A DNA stretch of 60,929 bases, counting the filler. It is 8 parts of 8 records of this genome, joined end to end, with 100 filler letters (N's around TTAATTAATTAA, not from the genome) between each part and the next. Parts side by side here need not be neighbours in the genome. Positions count along the whole stretch, not along the records: positions 1 to 11,320 come from SRR31156797_34871; 7 more parts are not named here. One strand, 5' to 3'. This document shows, one piece after another, positions 1 to 9,406 of this stretch. A program made the translations under genes and the position numbers. How positions within the stretch are numbered: position 1 is the first letter of the stretch; each line of letters begins with the position of its first letter. Below the pieces are notes generated by a model. It was not told the DNA's origin and ran no database searches. It saw nothing but the letters and a program-made list of their open reading frames with translations.

Positions 1-290
1 GTCCCATCGCCGGCACAAAAGTGCTGACCGATCTGTTCATATGCTTTTTCCTAGAATCAGATAAATACCCCTGAGCCCCATGGGTACCTATCCAACACCT
101 TTACCAAACCGGCTTCCAAAGGGTTTCTATGGATATATCTCAACAACTCCGGAAGGTAGCTGTCCGCCTCCCCCTATCCAAAATCGTTTTCTTAAAATGT
201 ATATTATTATCCAACTTCCTGGTATTATCAATTGACGGTCTTTTACCTATCACCTTAGTAAAGTTATTGCCTGATTTAAGGGGAAACGGG

Positions 291-3200
291 ATGAAAGATA
301 AAGATAAAACAAAAGAGCAACTCATAGATGAACTGGTGAAATTGCGCCGACGCGTCGCCAAGTCGGAAGCATTGGAAGCTGAGCGCAAGCGAGCGGAGGA
401 GGCGCTACGGGAAAACGAACGGAGGCGCCGCGCTGTTTTCGACCAGACGTACCAATTCATCGGTCTCATGACGCCGGATGGAACCCTTATCGAGGCTAAT
501 AGGGCAGCCCTCCGATTCAGCGGGATTAAAGAATCGGAGGTGCTCGGTAGACCGTTTTGGGAGACGCCCTGGTGGACCCATTCTCCAGAGTTGCAGGAAC
601 GGTTGTGCCATGCTGTAAAGACCGCCGCAAGCGGACGGTTTATCCGCTTTGAAGCCACCCATCGGGCGCACGACGGCAGCCTCCGTTGCGTGGACTTTTC
701 ACTCAAACCGGTTAAAGATGAAGCCGGCAACGTGGTTTTTCTGATTCCTGAAGGCCGCGATATAACCGATCGCAAGCAGGCAGAGGATGAATTGAAGAAA
801 TACCGCGAGCGCCTTGAGGTGATCGTGAAGGAGCGGACCGCTCAGCTGGAGGAAACCAACAAAAGCCTGAGGCAGGAAATAGATGAGCGCAAACATATTG
901 AAGAAGCGCTGGGGGAAAGCAGGCGCAAGCTCTTTACACTGATGGGCAATCTGCCGGGCATGGCTTACCGCTGTCTGAATGATGAAGATTGGACCATGGA
1001 ATTCGTCAGTGGAGGATGTCTGGAACTAACCGGCTATGAACCTTCGGATCTGATTGGAAATCGAAAGCTTTCCTACAGCGATCTGATTCATCCGGATGAT
1101 CGGGGTCCTGTTTGGGATCGGGTACAGAAAAGCATCGCGGAAAGGCGACCGTTTCACCTGGCGTATCGCATTCAGGCCGCAGCAGGAGAACAGAAATGGG
1201 TCTGGGAGCAAGGGGTGGGAGTCTTTTCCGAGGAGGGGGAGCTGTTTGCACTGGAGGGATTTGTTGTTGACATCACCAAGCGCAAGACGGCGGAGGAGGC
1301 GTTGCGGGAGAGTGAAAAAACGCTTTCGGAAATCGTTCAGAGAAGTTCGATACCAACCTTTGTAATTGATAACGATCACACCGTCACCCACTGGAACAAG
1401 GCGTGTGAGAATCTGACAGGTATTTCAGCAAATGAAGTAATTGGAACCCGGAAACAGTGGTTGGCCTTTTATTCCGTGGAAAGGCCGCTCATGGCTGACC
1501 TTATGGTGGATGACGCGCCGGAGAAAGAGATAGCCAAGTATTACGGCGACAAATATAGGGCATCCGCTGTTACAAAGGGAGCATACGAAGCTGAAAGTTT
1601 CTTCCCTGAATTGGGAGAGAGAGGCAAATGGCTTTTCTTTACCGCAGCGCCATTGAAAGATGCCGAGGGGAAAGTCACTGGAGCGATTGAAACCTTACAG
1701 GACGTCACAGAACGTAATCTGGCCGAGGAGGCGCTCCGCCTTGACGAGTCTCGTCTCGAAACTTTGTTGAAATTTAGCCAAATGGCCGAAGCATCATTGG
1801 ATGAAATCACGGACTTTGCCCTTGAACAGGCGATCAGACTTACCAGAAGCAAGATTGGATATCTCGCATTCACGAACGAGGACGAAACCGTTCTCACAAT
1901 GCATTCCTGGTCCAAAAGTGCGATGGAGGGATGCGCCGTTAGAGATAAACCGATTGTCTATCCCCTAGAAACCACAGGGCTTTGGGGTGAGGCGGTAAGG
2001 CAACGGAAACCCATTATCATCAATGATTACGCCGCTCCAAATCCTCTAAAGAAAGGGTATCCAAAAGGGCATGTCCATCTAAATCGACACATGAATATCC
2101 CGGTGTTTAATGGAGGCCGAATTGTCGCAGTGGCGGGCGTGGGAAACAAAGATGAGGAATACGATGAATCGGATGTCCGCCAACTGACATTGCTGATGCA
2201 AGGTATGTGGAGATTTCTGGAGCGCAAGCAGGCAGACGAGGAATTGAGAAAACATCGCGATCACCTTGAGGAACTGGTGCGGCAGCGCACCGCCGATCTC
2301 GTCGAGTCCGAGGAAAAGTACCGAACCCTAGTGGAGAACGTGCCGCTCGTGGTCTATCGAATGGGGCCGGGTGGGGAGACCCTTTTTGTCAATCATTTTG
2401 TGAAAAAGACATTCGGATACAATCCTGCCGAGATATTCCGCAACCCTGAGGTGTGGTACGAAAGAGTTTTCGATGAAGACCGGGTCAAGGTGGAAAAGCT
2501 CCGGGAGAAGAATTTCCGGGAGGGTAAAGAGTTTATTGCAGAGTATCGCGTCAGACATAAGAACGGCAGCATCGTTTACGTAATGGATCACGCCATCCCC
2601 TTTGAGGCGGCTGACGGCCTGATCGGCGGCGTGGACGGCATCATCATGGACGTGACCGGCAGGGTGAAGTTACAGGAAAAGCTCGTCCGGGCGGAAGGAC
2701 TCAAGACCATCAGTGAAGTTTCAGCTCGGCTGGCCCACGAAATTCGCAACCCTCTGGTGTCGGCAGGCGGGTTTGCGCGACGGCTCTTGTCGTCCATGAG
2801 CCAGGAGGATCCCAACAGGGCGAAGGTCGAGATTATCGTGAGAGAAGTGGCCCGGCTGGAGATTATTCTGCGCATGATGCTGAACTACATCCACCCATTC
2901 GAACTGGAAAAGTCGCCGATCGCTCCAAACCAACTGGTTGAAAGGGCCTTGAGCGCGGTGGAAACGGAGATCAAGGAGAGAAATGTGAGCGTAGATCTCC
3001 AATTGGCGCCCGGACTTCTGAAGATTTCCGCTGATCGGCCGCAGATGGAACTGGCGGTGGAGACCCTGGTCAAACAAGCTCTGAATCAGATGCAGGAAGG
3101 GGCAACGCTGTCCGTTTGGACATTCCAGGAAAATGGAATGTTCAATCTGGTCATGCGGTATCCCGTCCAGCACATGGCGCCTGACGATGTGGAGCACTTC

Positions 3201-3407
3201 TTCTATCCTTTCACCACGTCCAAGATGGGGTACGATACCGCAGACCTTCCCATGTCCAAAATTGTGGTGGACAAACACGGCGGCGTGATCGACGTCAGCC
3301 TTGAAGAATCGGGCGAACTTATCATTCACATATCACTGCCTCACGTTCAGACGCCTTCTGATGTCCTCAGTGCTCGATGGGTCTTGATGACCGGTGAAAA
3401 ACCATGA
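291..3407 (+). CDS. Multi-PAS/GAF sensor histidine kinase-like protein with degenerate HATPase domain
   Basis: Four PAS/PAC modules, one GAF domain, H-box LAHEIRNPL. Start moved from 129 to ATG 291 (MKDKDKTKEQLIDEL, a typical N-terminal coiled coil, purine-rich RBS upstream). Confidence 0.85.
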   Translation: MKDKDKTKEQLIDELVKLRRRVAKSEALEAERKRAEEALRENERRRRAVFDQTYQFIGLMTPDGTLIEANRAALRFSGIKESEVLGRPFWETPWWTHSPELQERLCHAVKTAASGRFIRFEATHRAHDGSLRCVDFSLKPVKDEAGNVVFLIPEGRDITDRKQAEDELKKYRERLEVIVKERTAQLEETNKSLRQEIDERKHIEEALGESRRKLFTLMGNLPGMAYRCLNDEDWTMEFVSGGCLELTGYEPSDLIGNRKLSYSDLIHPDDRGPVWDRVQKSIAERRPFHLAYRIQAAAGEQKWVWEQGVGVFSEEGELFALEGFVVDITKRKTAEEALRESEKTLSEIVQRSSIPTFVIDNDHTVTHWNKACENLTGISANEVIGTRKQWLAFYSVERPLMADLMVDDAPEKEIAKYYGDKYRASAVTKGAYEAESFFPELGERGKWLFFTAAPLKDAEGKVTGAIETLQDVTERNLAEEALRLDESRLETLLKFSQMAEASLDEITDFALEQAIRLTRSKIGYLAFTNEDETVLTMHSWSKSAMEGCAVRDKPIVYPLETTGLWGEAVRQRKPIIINDYAAPNPLKKGYPKGHVHLNRHMNIPVFNGGRIVAVAGVGNKDEEYDESDVRQLTLLMQGMWRFLERKQADEELRKHRDHLEELVRQRTADLVESEEKYRTLVENVPLVVYRMGPGGETLFVNHFVKKTFGYNPAEIFRNPEVWYERVFDEDRVKVEKLREKNFREGKEFIAEYRVRHKNGSIVYVMDHAIPFEAADGLIGGVDGIIMDVTGRVKLQEKLVRAEGLKTISEVSARLAHEIRNPLVSAGGFARRLLSSMSQEDPNRAKVEIIVREVARLEIILRMMLNYIHPFELEKSPIAPNQLVERALSAVETEIKERNVSVDLQLAPGLLKISADRPQMELAVETLVKQALNQMQEGATLSVWTFQENGMFNLVMRYPVQHMAPDDVEHFFYPFTTSKMGYDTADLPMSKIVVDKHGGVIDVSLEESGELIIHISLPHVQTPSDVLSARWVLMTGEKP

Positions 3408-3605
3408 CCCTATCGGCATGGGCATCGGGGCCGGTATCGCCATGCTGCTCTACCTGGTTTGCCGGCTCCCGCAACTCCACAAATACAAGGGCCCGCACCT
3501 CATATCTCATTATTTTCGTGGGAATCCTGCTCTGTTTGTCCCCTTTTCTGGCCGTATGAGCGAAGATTTTTTGGTGAACGGTTCCCATTGGGTGGGCATG
3601 GCGCT

Positions 3606-4937
3606 TCAGGCGCATTTGTTCAGCATGATATTCAGGATGGCCGGATCCATCCCCCCGAGGCCCGATCGGACGATTTCCCCCAGGTTGCCCATGGTCTCTT
3701 CCGGGCTCTCGCCGATGATGCCGTCCTCCGGTTTGACGATCACGCCTTGCAAGGCCATGAGCGCGCTCTTGACCCCCGAGGAAGCGGCTTCCCCCACCTT
3801 GAGCGCACAACCGGTTTTGGCCCCGTCGCACAGAAGGGTGGCGGTATTTTCGATATGGTTCTTGACGGCGCCCCCGATCTTTTCAACCGTGCCCCCCAGC
3901 AGGTAGGTCACGCCCGCGGCAACCCCGGCCCCGCCCGCCACGGCACTGCCGCAAAGGGGTCCGATTCTCCCGGCCAGGGTCTTGATGTAGCAGGTCACCA
4001 GATAACTCAAGGTCACCGATTTGATCAAAAGCAAATGGTCCTCCATGACGGCAAATTCGCTTGCCGCCACCATGGGCGTGCCCGCGACAATGCCTTGATT
4101 GCCGCTGCCCGCCAGCGTCATGGCCGGAAGCATGACGCCCCCCATGCGGGAATCAATGCCGGCTGCCGCAAACATGCCGCCGGCCTGAACCATGTCTTTT
4201 TTGAGAAGCCCCTGGCGCAGGAGACTCTGCTGGGTCTTGCCCACCCCCAGGCCCGGACCGTGGGAAAGACCATGGTGCACCAGGTCCATATTGAGGTCTA
4301 TCCCCCGTTGAATATAGGCTGCGTCGTCCCGGTTGAGATCATTGGAAAGGTCCACCATCTCTTCCAGAGAGAGGGACGTGAGCCACGGTTCCAGCTCTTC
4401 AACGCTCAGATCATCGCTTCCGCCCCCCGTGAGGAGCGGGTGGTCCTGACGGGGACTTCCATCCACGGCGAGGGATTCGATGTGGTCGTGGCGGCCCGTT
4501 ATCACAGCCTCCGCCGCATGCTCACCGGCCTTGACAACCGTTCTCACATAGAGGCCATCATGCCCATCTTCGATCCCTGCTGAGACCTTGCCGTTCTTCA
4601 GAAGGGATTCGGCGTTTTGGACCCCTTGTTTGTCAACGGTTTGGAATACCTGTAGGCCGTTTTTCGGGTTTCCGGCAACGGCCCCCATGGCCGCGGCCAA
4701 AGGGATGCCGCTCTGGCCCCCGGAAGCGGGGATGATGACGCCCATGGCATTCTTGTAGATGTTGGGATCCGTGGCCACTTCAATGGATTGGATGGCGACC
4801 TCTTCCAAAAGCGCGGCCGCGGCAGCCGCACAAAGTCCGATGGCGGCAGGTTCCGTGCACCCCAGGCCCGGATCGGTCTCAATGTGCAAAAGGTGACTTG
4901 CCTTGTTGTGAAGGATGTCTTTCAGGGTGAACCCCAT
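3606..4937 (-). CDS. L-cysteine desulfidase / YhaM-like (serine dehydratase alpha-like) protein
   Basis: GLGCTEP, YKNAMGV, GSGNQG and CDGAKTGCALK motifs; GGGAGG RBS upstream. Confidence 0.85.
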   Translation of the reverse strand: MGFTLKDILHNKASHLLHIETDPGLGCTEPAAIGLCAAAAAALLEEVAIQSIEVATDPNIYKNAMGVIIPASGGQSGIPLAAAMGAVAGNPKNGLQVFQTVDKQGVQNAESLLKNGKVSAGIEDGHDGLYVRTVVKAGEHAAEAVITGRHDHIESLAVDGSPRQDHPLLTGGGSDDLSVEELEPWLTSLSLEEMVDLSNDLNRDDAAYIQRGIDLNMDLVHHGLSHGPGLGVGKTQQSLLRQGLLKKDMVQAGGMFAAAGIDSRMGGVMLPAMTLAGSGNQGIVAGTPMVAASEFAVMEDHLLLIKSVTLSYLVTCYIKTLAGRIGPLCGSAVAGGAGVAAGVTYLLGGTVEKIGGAVKNHIENTATLLCDGAKTGCALKVGEAASSGVKSALMALQGVIVKPEDGIIGESPEETMGNLGEIVRSGLGGMDPAILNIMLNKCA

Positions 4938-5145
4938 AATTCGCCTCCCGGTGTTGATGATCGTCCTAAAAGAGCGACTTTATCGCGGCCGAATCGAATT
5001 TCGGAAAGGGTTTTAAAATACTGTTTTTGACTTCCTTTTTCAAGGAGAAACAAACCGCTTGCAAGGCGACCCGCAGGTTGTTACCATTCCTCCGGTCCAA
5101 TAAGATCCGCCCTCCAGCCAAGGCGACCCAAAGCAAGAGGCCTTT

Positions 5146-7728
5146 GTGAAACAGAACTCTCCCCCGAACCCGGTGTCCGAGCCCCAAACCGGCAAACTGG
5201 GGACATTCGCCGGTGTCTTTACCCCCAGCGTATTGACCATCCTGGGGATTATCCTGTTTCTCCGGTTGGGCTATGTGGTGGGGAATGCGGGGCTTTCCCG
5301 GGCCTTGATGATGATCGGACTGGCCAATGCCATCTCGGTGCTGACCAGCATCTCCTTGGCGGCCATCGCCACAAACTTCAAGGTAAAAGGGGGAGGGGAC
5401 TATTATCTGATCTCCCGGACCCTGGGCGTGGAATTCGGCGGCGCCATCGGCATCGTGCTTTTTCTGGCGCAATCCGTCTCCATCGCCTTTTACTGCATGG
5501 GCTTCGGAGAAGCCGTTGCGCAACTTCTGCCCGGTGTTCCCTGGCTTTCCACCCGAATGATTGCGGCCATGGCCGTTTCCCTCCTTTTTGTGCTGGCCTG
5601 GCTGGGTGCCGACTGGGCCACCCGGTTTCAATACGGGGTTATGATCCTGATCACGGCTGCCCTTGTCTCTTTTTTCTGGGGGGGGGTGAGTCTGTGGGAT
5701 TCGGCTGTTTTTAGGGAAAGCTGGGGCAGACCCTCTTCGGGCCTTCCCTTCTGGGCGCTGTTTGCCATCTTTTTCCCCGCGGTGACCGGATTTACCCAAG
5801 GGGTCAGTATGTCCGGGGACCTGAAGGATCCCGGTAAAAGCCTTCCCCTGGGCACTTTTAGCGCTGTTGGGATCTCCATCCTGGTCTATTTCGGCGTGGC
5901 CCTGGTCTTTGCGGGGGCCCTGCCCCAGGGGATTTTGGCGGGGGACTATGGCGCCATGGCCAAAGCGGCCCGGTTTTCATTTCTCATTGACGCGGGCGTT
6001 ATTGCGGCCACCCTGTCGTCTGCCATGGCTTCCTTTCTGGGGGCGCCCCGCATCCTTCAATCCCTGGCAACGGATCGTATTTTTCCCTTTCTTCTCCCTT
6101 TTTCAAAAGGTTCCGGGCCCACCAACAACCCGCGCCGGGGGGTGCTGTTGAGCACGGGCATCGCCTTTATGACCGTTGCCCTGGGCAACCTGAATTTAAT
6201 CGCTCCCGTGGTGAGCATGTTTTTCCTCATCAGTTACGGCCTTTTGAACCATGCCACCTTTTTTGAGGCCCGATCGGCCAGCCCCTCTTTTCGCCCCCGG
6301 TTTCGATGGTTTCATCCCTATCTCAGTCTGGTCGGGGCGCTGGCCTGCCTGGGGGTCATGCTGGCCATCGATTTCACCGCCGGAATTGCGGCTGCGGCCG
6401 TCCTCTTTGCCATATTCCAGTACTTGAGACGGACGGCGGGTCCCTCCCGATGGGCGGACAGCAGGCGAAGCTATCACCTCCAACAGGTTCGGGAACACCT
6501 CCTGGCGGCTTCCGGGGAAAGGGAGCATCCCAGGGATTGGCGCCCCCAGATGCTGGTGTTTTCAAATGAACCCGAGCGGCGCAAGCCCCTTCTGGGTTTT
6601 GCTTCATGGATCCACGGGGGGAGCGGTCTCATTACGGCGGTGCGCATGTTGGAAGGGGATGTCTTACGAACCGCACGGATGCGTGAGGAGGCCAAAAGCG
6701 AACTGGGGAAGGATATCTCCGAGAACCTGTCCAAAGCATTCCCCCTGGTGGTGACGGCACAGGACCTTCAACAAAGTCTTCCCACCCTGATTCAGTCTTT
6801 CGGAGTGGGGCCCCTGAAGGCCAACATGGCCCTTTTCAACTGGTCCGGGTCCCTGCGTAAAGGGGTCTTGGGGATCCGAAGGAGTGCTTACGCCAACAAT
6901 ATCAAGGCGACCTTTCGCCTGGGGTGCAATATCCTTCTGCTGGTGGCCCCCCGGGAGGCGTGGGCAAAGCTGGAGACCATTTCCGCCGCCGATCGCCGCA
7001 TTGATGTATGGTGGCGGGATGATTCCAGCGGGCGGTTGATGCTCCTATTGGCACACCTCATGACGCGCAACCCCCAATGGGAAGAGGCGCGTATCCGTCT
7101 TCTGGCGACCACCACAACCACCCGGCCGGGAGATGACCTTGAACCCCTCAAGGAGAGCCTTGGCCGGATGCTGGACGAGATTCGGATCGAGGCGGATCCC
7201 CAGGTGGTCACGAATCCGGACCAGGACTCCATCGCCGCAAACTCCGGGGATGGGGCCATGGTATTGATATCCTTTCGCATCGGGAGAGGGGAAATCCTGG
7301 CCGCCCACAATACGAACATCGATGATCTCGCCGGGCGGGGGATGATGGTTGCCCTGGTGCTGGCGGCCGAGGATATTGATCTGGACGCGGATCCGGAGGA
7401 AGGAAAACACGGTGAGGTGGCCGCCGCTCTGGATGCGTTGACGGATGCGGGAAAGAAAGCCGGCCGGTTGGAAAAAGAAGCGGCGGAGGCCCGGAAAAGG
7501 GCCGAGGAAGCGGAAGCCCATTTGCAGCGTGCCATGGAAGAGGCCCGGCCGGGTATTGATCGGGAAGCCATGTTAAAAATTGAAACCGCCGTGGAAGCGG
7601 CTCGTAAAGCGGCTTCTGAGGCCCACATGATGGAACGGAAAGCGGCCAAGGCCAAGGCCGGGAAGATTTTTTCACAACGCCGTGCGGAAGCCGTGGGGGC
7701 TGTCAGGGATGATGAAAGGGGGGATTAA
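5146..7728 (+). CDS. Prokaryotic cation-chloride cotransporter (SLC12/CCC-like APC permease) with C-terminal coiled-coil tail
   Basis: GTFAGVFTPSVLTILGIILFLR, GGGDYYLISRTLG, FFPAVTG..SGDLKDP, PSFRPRF, DWRPQ and RIDVWW are SLC12 signatures; GTG start. Confidence 0.85.
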   Translation: MKQNSPPNPVSEPQTGKLGTFAGVFTPSVLTILGIILFLRLGYVVGNAGLSRALMMIGLANAISVLTSISLAAIATNFKVKGGGDYYLISRTLGVEFGGAIGIVLFLAQSVSIAFYCMGFGEAVAQLLPGVPWLSTRMIAAMAVSLLFVLAWLGADWATRFQYGVMILITAALVSFFWGGVSLWDSAVFRESWGRPSSGLPFWALFAIFFPAVTGFTQGVSMSGDLKDPGKSLPLGTFSAVGISILVYFGVALVFAGALPQGILAGDYGAMAKAARFSFLIDAGVIAATLSSAMASFLGAPRILQSLATDRIFPFLLPFSKGSGPTNNPRRGVLLSTGIAFMTVALGNLNLIAPVVSMFFLISYGLLNHATFFEARSASPSFRPRFRWFHPYLSLVGALACLGVMLAIDFTAGIAAAAVLFAIFQYLRRTAGPSRWADSRRSYHLQQVREHLLAASGEREHPRDWRPQMLVFSNEPERRKPLLGFASWIHGGSGLITAVRMLEGDVLRTARMREEAKSELGKDISENLSKAFPLVVTAQDLQQSLPTLIQSFGVGPLKANMALFNWSGSLRKGVLGIRRSAYANNIKATFRLGCNILLLVAPREAWAKLETISAADRRIDVWWRDDSSGRLMLLLAHLMTRNPQWEEARIRLLATTTTTRPGDDLEPLKESLGRMLDEIRIEADPQVVTNPDQDSIAANSGDGAMVLISFRIGRGEILAAHNTNIDDLAGRGMMVALVLAAEDIDLDADPEEGKHGEVAAALDALTDAGKKAGRLEKEAAEARKRAEEAEAHLQRAMEEARPGIDREAMLKIETAVEAARKAASEAHMMERKAAKAKAGKIFSQRRAEAVGAVRDDERGD

Positions 7729-9095
7729 GGGCTCTCGGTTTCCAGCCTGTTTTGTAAAGAATATCGCTGAAAAAACTCCATCAGTTCTTGTTTGAGCAGG
7801 TTGGCCCTTTCAAGGGCGTTGCGGTATTCATCCTTTATGGACGTAATCTTTTCTATTTTCGTCAAAAGCTCTCCCCGAAACGCACCCCCCTTTTCCATGC
7901 CCCTTTCATATTCGTCCCTGAGTGAATTGAGACCCACTTTCAATCCGGTCAGATACGCCTCCTTAAAGGAGCCGAGCCGTTCAAGCGCTTTTTCATATTC
8001 ACCACGCAGGTTGCTGATGCTTTTTTCCCTGGCGAGGAGGTATTGCTCCTTAAGCTCCATCAGCAGCTCCTTTGCCGGTATGATCTTGTCGACCCGGTAG
8101 GCATTGCTCCCCCCAAAGACAAAGCCTTTATCCAGAATCCCCTTTCTGGCATTATCCAGGGCCAGGGTGAGGCAGTAGGGGGCCGTCTTTATGTCACAGC
8201 TCTTAAGGCATTGCCAGGAACACTTGCGGGACTGTTTTTTCCCTGCGGCAACATCTTTCAGAAAACGATTTTCGATGGCCCGGCCGGGCATGCCCACGGG
8301 ACTTTTGATGATTTTGATGTCATCCTTTTTGCACGCCATATAGGATTCCTTGAACCTGATATCCGCGTCACATTCATGGGTTGCCACGAACCTTGTTCCC
8401 AACTGGACGGCCCGCGCGCCAAGCTTGAAGGCCTTGTATATATCGGCGCCCGTATAAATGCCTCCCGCAGCGATTACGGGAATTGTTCTGCGCAATTGAT
8501 CCTCGTATTTCTTTATCTCGGCAACCACCTGGGGCAGAATATTCTCAAGGGCGAAATCGGGATCATCGATCTGCTCCTCTTTAAATCCCAGGTGACCGCC
8601 TGCCTTCGGACCTTCCACCACCACTGCGTCGGGGATGTCGGCGTATCTCTTCACCCAGGATCTGAAGATAAGGCCCGCCGCCCTTGCGGAACTCACGATG
8701 GGGACCACCTTGACCCCCGCCGACCGGAGATCCTTAACCGGAATCCCTTTTATGGGGAGCCCCGCCCCGAGGAATACCATATCCACCTTTTCATCCATGG
8801 AGACCCTCAAAAGGGAATGGAAATCATTGACGGCTACCATGATGTTGACGCCGATGATACCGGATGTCTTTTCCCGGGCCTTTCTTATCTCCTTTCGAAG
8901 GGCCATGGCGTTGGCGTCCCTGTTTTCCGCATAATAATCGGGATCCAGCATTCCGATGGAATTGGCGGCGATAATACCGATGCCCCCTTCATTGGCAACG
9001 GCTGAGGCCAAACCTGAAAGGGATATGCCCACACCCATGCCACCCTGCACGATGGGCAGCTTTGCGACGGCATTGCCAATCTTCAATTTGGGCAT
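7725..9095 (-). CDS. Nitronate monooxygenase / FabK-like FMN oxidoreductase with helical C-terminal extension
   Basis: PIVQGGMGVGIS, VEGPKAGGHLG, AAGGI and SPVGMPGRA motifs. Start uncertain (9095 preferred; frame open to 9212). Confidence 0.8.
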   Translation of the reverse strand: MPKLKIGNAVAKLPIVQGGMGVGISLSGLASAVANEGGIGIIAANSIGMLDPDYYAENRDANAMALRKEIRKAREKTSGIIGVNIMVAVNDFHSLLRVSMDEKVDMVFLGAGLPIKGIPVKDLRSAGVKVVPIVSSARAAGLIFRSWVKRYADIPDAVVVEGPKAGGHLGFKEEQIDDPDFALENILPQVVAEIKKYEDQLRRTIPVIAAGGIYTGADIYKAFKLGARAVQLGTRFVATHECDADIRFKESYMACKKDDIKIIKSPVGMPGRAIENRFLKDVAAGKKQSRKCSWQCLKSCDIKTAPYCLTLALDNARKGILDKGFVFGGSNAYRVDKIIPAKELLMELKEQYLLAREKSISNLRGEYEKALERLGSFKEAYLTGLKVGLNSLRDEYERGMEKGGAFRGELLTKIEKITSIKDEYRNALERANLLKQELMEFFQRYSLQNRLETESP

Positions 9096-9406
9096 CTTGG
9101 TCCATCCAACTTTAGGGATGCTAAATTTAGGCCATTCTATATTGTTTAAATTCGTTTTCTTCAGCATTAACCCATGCTGTTTAATGAAATCCACGGATAT
9201 GGTTCTCCTCAATTGAAAAATTGGATAAAGATCGGCGTTTTTTTTAGGGCAGATAAAGCTAGGACACGCCGACCTTTATGTCAAGGGGTTGGAAAGAAGA
9301 TGGCGTTTTACCATCTTTATTTACCAGGGTGACAAACCGGGCTTGACCCCGATCCGCCCTTGGTGTAAATGGATTCGGGATCTTAAATTCAAAAATAGGG
9401 GGGAGC

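Noticed and set aside
129-290. N-terminal extension of the kinase ORF
   Set aside because: AT-rich promoter-like sequence; ATG 291 gives a typical N-terminus with an RBS.
3394-4583. Plus-strand ORFs 3394-3906 and 3459-4583
   Set aside because: Antisense shadows of the cysteine desulfidase-like gene with no motifs. The short hydrophobic stretch at 3394-3470 is too weak to call a gene remnant.
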